Below are positions 57,770 to 64,000 of a stretch of DNA of 64,000 nucleotides, one piece after another. Within the stretch, counting starts at the first letter, position 1. Each line of letters begins with the position of its first letter. The stretch comes from Cyanophora paradoxa CCMP329 (taxonomy: Eukaryota > Plantae > Glaucophyta): assembly GCA_004431415.1 (NCBI GenBank), contig QPMI01000192.1, positions 1 through 64,000 of the forward strand, written 5' to 3'. The position numbers and the translations under genes were made by a program. The notes under the pieces are model-generated. The model had not been told where the DNA came from, ran no database searches, and worked only from the letters and a program-made list of their open reading frames with translations.

Positions 57770-58681
57770 GCGACAGACAAGACCGTGACGGCACCCGTCC
57801 ATTTCTCTTCAACCAACCCCCTTCTTCCTGTCCCCTTCCCTCGTCTCCGTGCCTTTTGTTGGATAGCAGAGTCGGACTCCTTAGTCGCTGTAAAAAGCCT
57901 CTTCGGGTGTAAAGCTAGGTTCGCATCCTACATACGTGCTTTTAGTACTTGTAGTCCTGTTAGTTTTTCCTTCGCAATGTGAGTCGGGCCGCTCTCGGCC
58001 CTTGAAGTACAGTTTGTCATGCAGTTTCACAAGCAGTTGTCTATTGCCTTGTGTCTTGCGTCTCGATCGGCATCTTCTTTGGGCCGACCTTGCCCTGCTC
58101 GTTGTGTGAAACCCGTTTTCTCGGTCGCCCCTCTTGGTTCCTTGGTCCCCAGTCAGTCGATCCTGTCCGTTTTGGTGCCTGTGTCGGTGTCGGAGCTGAT
58201 CTCAATGAACGCCGCATCTTGTCTTGTGCCAGGCTCGATTACATTTGCACCGTGGCACGCATGTTCCCTGATCTTGACCCCCCATAATCAGTATGGCATG
58301 CGCAACGACTCGTACGCGTACGCGTGCGGGTCGACGTCGTCCAGAGGCGCTTATACATGTACATGCATTCAATTCGACGTCGCCGCAAGGCAACTATAGC
58401 TAGTACTGCCGCAGTACTAGTGTCGACGTCATGCTGCCGCAGTGCGGGCTGAGCGGCTGCAAGTGCAAACGCCGTGAGTGACGCCCCGCTGGCGCCAGCG
58501 TCAAGAGTATGAGGCTCCTCTTCGAATTCAATTCAAATGGCGCACGGCGCCCGTACAAATTCTACAGCTAGCGCTACCTCCAAACGTCTACCATATATAA
58601 GGACAGAATGTGGAACGAAAAGAGGAAAAAGAATGGCAGTGGGCCGCGCTAGCCGCTTTCCTGAGCGATCTGCCGGCGGGG

Positions 58682-61600
58682 TCAGTCAAGAAAAAGAGGC
58701 GAGACAGGGCGTGGGCGTACGCGTCGCTTGGCTATGCGCATGGCGCGCTCCGATTCCTCGGACTGTTGCACCGCGATGCGGAACGCAGTCAAGGCGAACG
58801 CAGCCTTCTTCTTCTCGCGCTGCAGGCCGGGGGCGTCGCGTCAGGCGCGGCGGGAAGCGCACGCGTACCCCCCCCCCCGCCCCTCCCCTCCGACCGGCGC
58901 ACATTGATGACGAGGTCGATAAGGACGCGCTCCCTGTCCAGCAGTATCTTGATCCGCTTCGCGTCCGCAAAGTCCTCCTCGTCCTTAATGAGGAACTGCC
59001 GGCACGCTAAGGCGAACGAAGGGGGGGTACATGAGGGGTCGAGTGTGGGGGGGTTACCGGGCTCGCGGCGACGGCGCCCTCGTCCTCGTCGTCGGGGCCC
59101 TCGACGCCGGGGGAAGGCTCCTGGCCCTCGGCGCCCTCGGCCGCCGCGGCCCTCCGCCGCCCCCGCGGCGCAGGCGGCTTCGAGTCGTCCTCGTCGCCCG
59201 TGTGCAACTGCTGCCCGCGGCCCCGCCGCGTGAACTGCCGCGCCGCCCCGTCAGGCCCCGGGAAGACAGCATCCGGGCCTACAAAACCGCCGCACCGACT
59301 GGGGCGTCGGCGAGCGCCCGTCCGCGTTCGCCGACACGAACTGTGCCACGGTGGGGCCGGCGGTGGTCAGGACCAGGGTGGGGCGCGGAGAAAGGGGAGC
59401 AGAAGGGGAAGGAGGAAGGGGCGGGGCGGCGCACGCGGCCGGCGGCGTTGCGGAGCGGAGGCGCGTGCGGATCCATGTCGTTGAGCTTCGAGGTCCAGGA
59501 GCGGACCGTCTGGCCCCGCTTCTCCCCGGGCAGGTACTGGAAGGCCTTGCAGGGCTGGAAGCGCCGCAGGAACGAGCACGCCTGCGCCTGCCGCTTCCGC
59601 ACCCAGTACTCGTAGATCGCCTGCGGGAAACACAGTTCTAAGACAAAGGAAAGGAAAGGACAGGATAGGAAAGAGAAAGGAAACCTGGACGGAGCCGGGC
59701 GGGAGGGAGACCTGGCGGTTCTGGAGCATCGTGGTGGCGATCTGGCGGGCCATGAAGAGCGACACGGGCTCGCCCATGCGGGTCCGCTGGGGAACAGCCT
59801 CCCGAGGCTCCGCCGCCTTCCGCTCATTCGTGTGCTTCTCGCAGAAGGCCCGGAAGAGAACCTGCCGGGAAGGGCGCGCGCGTGGGCGGGCCGGTGGGCG
59901 GGGAAGGAGCGAGGAGGGCGGCGGGGGAAGGTGGATACCTGGTTCTGGCCCTCCTCGCGCTCCGTCATGGTGAGGAGGAGCCCCTTGAGCCGGGCGCACA
60001 TCGCGTGGAAGGCCTGTGCGGGGGTACGGCGTCGGCTTCGTTCCCGCAGCGGCAACGAGACGGCCGTCGTCACCTCGGGGCACGGCTTCTCGCAGCACTG
60101 GAGGCAGACACCCTCCGCCTTGCCGCACACGCAGCAGCTCCCGAGGCGCTTCCGCCGCTGGAACGCGCGCTGGTTGATCTCGATCGGCTGCATGCGCTCC
60201 GGGTTCACGAAGCTGCGGGGCCGCGTCAGAGAGACAGAGAGAGCGCAGCGCAAGGCGCGGGGGAGGCGTAGGCGTGGTGCACGCGCCGGGCCTCGGGGAA
60301 CCAGAGGGCGCAGAGGACGTGGGCGTACTCCCCCGGCGTCGTCGTCTCCTTAAACGCGCCTGTCTTCACCGAACACATCGCGCACGAGACCTGAGCGGGG
60401 GGGTAGAGGGATGCGTCAGGCGAAGGAAGATGCAAGGGACGAGGGACGGGGACGGGGAAAGGGCTGCCTTGTCCGGGTCTGGAAGGGCGCAGCGGTCGCA
60501 GACCCAGGGCTGGTTCCTGTCGATGTCCTCGCTGATGCCGTAGCAGGACTGCGCGCGGGGGAGATGAGACGCGGCCAGGAGAAGAGTGGAGGAGGGGTAT
60601 CGGCCGCAGAGGGCGCCGGCTCGCCTGATGGACGGGTACGTTGCACTTCGAGCAGACGACAACGATGTTCCCGTCGTGGTTCTCGTTGTCGTTGCAAACT
60701 TGGCATTGCTGGGGAACGTTCAAGCTGGGAAGGAGGCGGGCGCGCGGCGGAGGGCGGCGCGGGGCGCACCGGGGTCTGGGGCGACCTCTGAGCTTCTTCC
60801 TTCTTCGCGGCGGCGTCTCGCTGGAAGCGAATCGACGCCGGGTCGTTCAAGAACGTCGTCTGCGGGGGTGCGGCGTCATCGATCCGTTCCTTTCTCTTTT
60901 TTTTCCGGCGGGGGGGGGGGGGGAAGGGGGGCGTACGAAGTCGTAGGAGGCGCGCTCGAACGTGTCGATCAGCTGCTCGAAGACGAGCTCGGTGACCTGC
61001 GCCGCGGTCTCGCTCCCCGCTTTCTGCCGGGCCGGATCAAATCTCGCTCCCCGCGCACCTTCTTGCGGCCGGCGTTGCCCGGGAGCGACTCGAGGAACGC
61101 CACGTCGTCCGCGTCCGCGTCGTAGTCCACGAACTCGTCGTCCGCCGGCGCTAGAAAAAGAGTAAGTTCGAAAAAACCTTTTTTCCTTATCTCAGGGCGT
61201 CGCACGGTGGTACGGGCAGAAGCGCTGCGTCTCGCGCGCGAGGTAGCGCCGGTCCCTGTTCAGCTCCTCGAAATCGGGTACGTCTTTGAAGTTCGGGCAC
61301 GTGATTTCCCTGGACCGCTCGAGCCCCTGCCTGCGGCTCAGGGCCGGCGGGGGCGGGGGCGGGGGCGGGGGCGGGGGCGGGGGCGGGGGCGGACCGGCGC
61401 AGCGCTGGCCGAATTTGCGTCCTGGAAAGTGTAGTACTCCAGGCGCTGCACCGGGTCCGCGTCCTCAAAGTAGCCCAGGCGCATTTCCTTCGGGGCGGCG
61501 TCGGGCGCGGGGCGGCGGCGGCGATCGGCGGGCGGCGGCGGGCGCAGACCTTCTTGACGTCGATCGGCCGCGGCCGGATCTTGGGGTGCATGATCGTCTC

Positions 61601-62450
61601 CGGCGCAAAGTCGGCGGCCGCGCTGAGTGCGCTCGGGGCGGAGGGACCGGCCGAGGAGGACTCGCCCTGGTCGTCCCCGCGCCGACTTCTCCGGCCCGTC
61701 GCCGGCGCGGCGGACGACGCGGCGACGGGGGCGACCGACGGATCCCGTCGCGCTTTCTTCTTTCGCGACGAGCTGGACTCGACGTCGCTCTCGCTCTGGT
61801 CCGGGCTGTTGTCCGAGTCGTCAGCGTCGGTTCTCCTTCTCCGGCGACCGCCGCGAGCACCCGCCGCGCCGCCTCTCGCGGCGCCTCCTCGGCCCCGCTT
61901 GCTAGCCGAGACCGGTCCATTGACGGGAACCGGTGCGGCGGCCGGCGCGCGAGGCTGCTGCGCGTGCGCGTGTCTCCGGGAAGCTGCCGCTGCACTCGTC
62001 GCTGCGTCGCCGTGGGCGTCGTCACCCGACGACCTGCGAGAGCTCCCGGCTGAGCTGGGGATCTCGGAATGGCTGCCTGCAGCTGCGGCGTGACCGCCGC
62101 CTCGTCGCGGGTGTGCTTCTTCTACGTGCGCCTCGCCGGGCCCGTCCTGGCCTCGCTGTCGGTGTGCGCGGCCGGGGGCGGTTGGATGCGCATGATCGGA
62201 AGCCGCCGTCGTCGTATCTGAACCGTCGCTGGCCCCGTGCCTCAGCCGAGACGTCGACGCTGATGCCGCGTGAATTGAGGCGGAGTAGAGCTGCTTGAGC
62301 TCTCTGGACTCGCGCGTGCCACCGCCCCTTGAGGCCTCGTGCTGTCGTTCGAAACGCGATATGTGAGCGAACGTGTGTGCGGGCAAGCACAGGCGCGGCT
62401 GCGGGAGAAGACAGGCGGCGAGGGCGAAGGGCGATCCAGGCGGGTCATGT
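58682..62450 (-). CDS. EPL1/Enhancer-of-polycomb-like + PHD-zinc knuckle-PHD (PZP) protein, NTO1/JADE/BRPF-like HAT-complex scaffold; start uncertain
   Basis: KIRPRPIDVKK; YDADADDVAFLESL; EQLIDTFERASY; PHD1 CQVCNDNENHDGNIVVVCSKCNVPVHQ|SCYG...WVCDRC; CAMCSVKTGAFK...AHVLCALWFPE; PHD2 CCVCGKAEGVCLQCCEKPC..AFHAMCA...AFCEKH; IYEYWVRKR; ERVLIDLVIN|REKKK. Stop at 58684-58682. Confidence 0.9.
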
Positions 62451-62856
62451 TACGCATCGGATCGACTCGGAAAGGCTATAATAACTCTCTAGGACGGCGG
62501 AGGGGCGAGGCGAAGGAGAAAGCCTCACCTCTGTGGTCCGCGATTTCATGGCAGCTCAAAGATACAGAGAGATTTCTACGACGCCTCTCATCACCGCCGC
62601 AGGCTCGCTCTTGCCTCCACTGGCTGGCTTTCGTGGTCGCGGGAGCGCAGCAGGGGTACGCCTCGCGCACTCCACAAAGCGGCCGCAGCAATGCCCGTGC
62701 GTCGCCGGCTGCCTCTTGCGCGTCCGTATAACAAGTTTTGCGCTTTAGAATGGGCGGCTGCTCCTCGCCGGGCTGCTGCATGGCGCGGTCGCTCGATCGT
62801 TAGGCGAACCGCGCGTAGCGCCCGCAAGCGAATCTCACTAGCTATGCACTGTTCCG

Positions 62857-64000
62857 ATGCCTGCTGACACACCCGCGGCGGGCGGCAGGAGCCAGAAACA
62901 GCGGAGCCGGAGGCGGCACCCTCAGCAGAGCACGCCGCGCAGAGCGAGCAGGATGCCGCGCAGAGCGAGCAGCAAGGACCCCACAAGGCAAAGTCTCCGC
63001 GGAAGAAGCCCCTCGGCGACTCCGTGACGGTGCGCGGACCGCTCGCTGCTTTTAGTCGCTCCCGGAAGCGAGCAGCGGCGCAGGACTGGCCCTTCTTCGC
63101 AGGCGGAGGCTTCAGGCTCGGCAAGAAGGGCGTGGATCCCTTCAAGAGCCGACCCGGAGGTGCGCTGCGCGGGGGCGCCTGCGCCGTGACGCGCGGCCCG
63201 GCTCACGCGACCCGCAGAGTTCCTCACACCCCCTTCCATACCGAGGAGGCGGCCGCCGCGACAGCCGCCCCAGGCGGCTGCAGCGCCGCCTCCGAAGCCG
63301 CGGAAGCGCGTCGTGCAGCCGGCGCCGGACCCGGGGCCAGCGGCCGGCGAGAAGCTGCCGCAGCTGGCCGAGGGGGACGAGGGCGCGGCGGAGGCGGCGG
63401 AGGCGGGCGGCAGCGGCGGCGAGGAGGGGCTGGCGGCGGAGTCCTCGCAACAAGGCGAGGCGCGGGGGCCCCTCAGCACGGCGGAGCGGCGGAGGCGGGT
63501 GCGGGAGCTGCTGCAGCCGGCGGCGGCCCTGGCGGAGGAGCGGCGCCCCCGGAGCCGGAGCAGCACGTACCCCCACGAGTCGGCGGCGCTGATGCAGGCG
63601 AACGTGATGCAGCAGTACGCGGGGAGCGTCGAGCCGGGCTTCGGCGTCAACCGCGACGCCTCCCCCAGCGCGAACCCGCGGCTCCAGGTGTACCTCCCGG
63701 GCGGCCCGGAGGGCCCCTCGGAGCGGCTGTACCCCGGGCCACAGCGGAGGTCGCCGCCGCGGCAGGAGGAGGACCCCGAGGCGCTGTGGGCGGCCGCCGA
63801 GCTCGCCGAGGGCTCCCGCCGCGGCCCGCAGCTCAAGGGGCTCCGCCTGCCCGCCGGCTACGAGGTCTCCCACCGCCTGTACCCCCCCAAGAAGGCCCCG
63901 GGGAAGGGCGCCAGCCCCGCGCCGGCGGTCCCGGGCGGGGGGAGGAGGCCCGGCAGCGGCTCGGCGGCGGGGGCCGGCGGCGGGGGCGGCGGGGCGGAGC
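62857..64000 (+). CDS. Partial gene of unknown function (runs off the window)
   Basis: Donor/acceptor pairs at ~63030/63102 and ~63160/63217 (gtgcgc...cag) join a continuous Ala/Glu/Pro-rich frame ...KSPRKKPLGDSVT|AEASGSARRAWIPSRADPE|SSSHPFHTEEAAA... that stays open to the window end. Confidence 0.55.

Noticed and set aside
1-64000. tRNA, rRNA or snRNA genes
   Set aside because: No recognisable cloverleaf or conserved rRNA/snRNA motifs were seen by eye. A covariance-model scan (tRNAscan-SE, Infernal/Rfam) would be needed to exclude them.

Overview
This is GC-rich eukaryotic nuclear DNA with dense short spliceosomal introns, many apparently GC-AG, and frequent 1-nt indels in homopolymers that look like long-read errors. 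The style suggests a protist or alga such as a glaucophyte, but that is unverified. Most ORFs in the supplied track are GC-driven artefacts, so genes were rebuilt by hand from splice sites and protein motifs. Genes in order: (1) the 3' part of a giant type-I membrane protein with repeated beta-sandwich and EGF modules (+, to 17049); (2) a PiT/PHO4 phosphate transporter (+); (3) a ferric-reductase/NOX-family flavocytochrome (-); (4) a 9.3-kb 5'-truncated non-LTR retroelement ending in poly(A); (5) a kinesin-light-chain-like TPR gene (-); (6) an F-box/LRR/ankyrin gene (+); (7) a type-I membrane protein (-); (8) a coiled-coil protein with an Ada-like Zn motif (+); (9) a glycine-rich RRM protein (+); (10) an EPL1-PZP (NTO1/JADE/BRPF-like) protein (-); (11) a partial unknown gene (+). 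The retroelement is the best candidate for something new. Its RNase H domain is split in the catalytic His loop by about 3.5 kb of same-strand coding sequence containing a Ulp1/C48 protease, and it is flanked by a ~950-bp direct duplication of host exons. Other points of note are abundant GC donors, 6-17-nt micro-exons, palindrome-saturated non-coding DNA with one palindrome-forming indel visible between the duplicated copies, and strong GTAC enrichment in GC-rich gene bodies.
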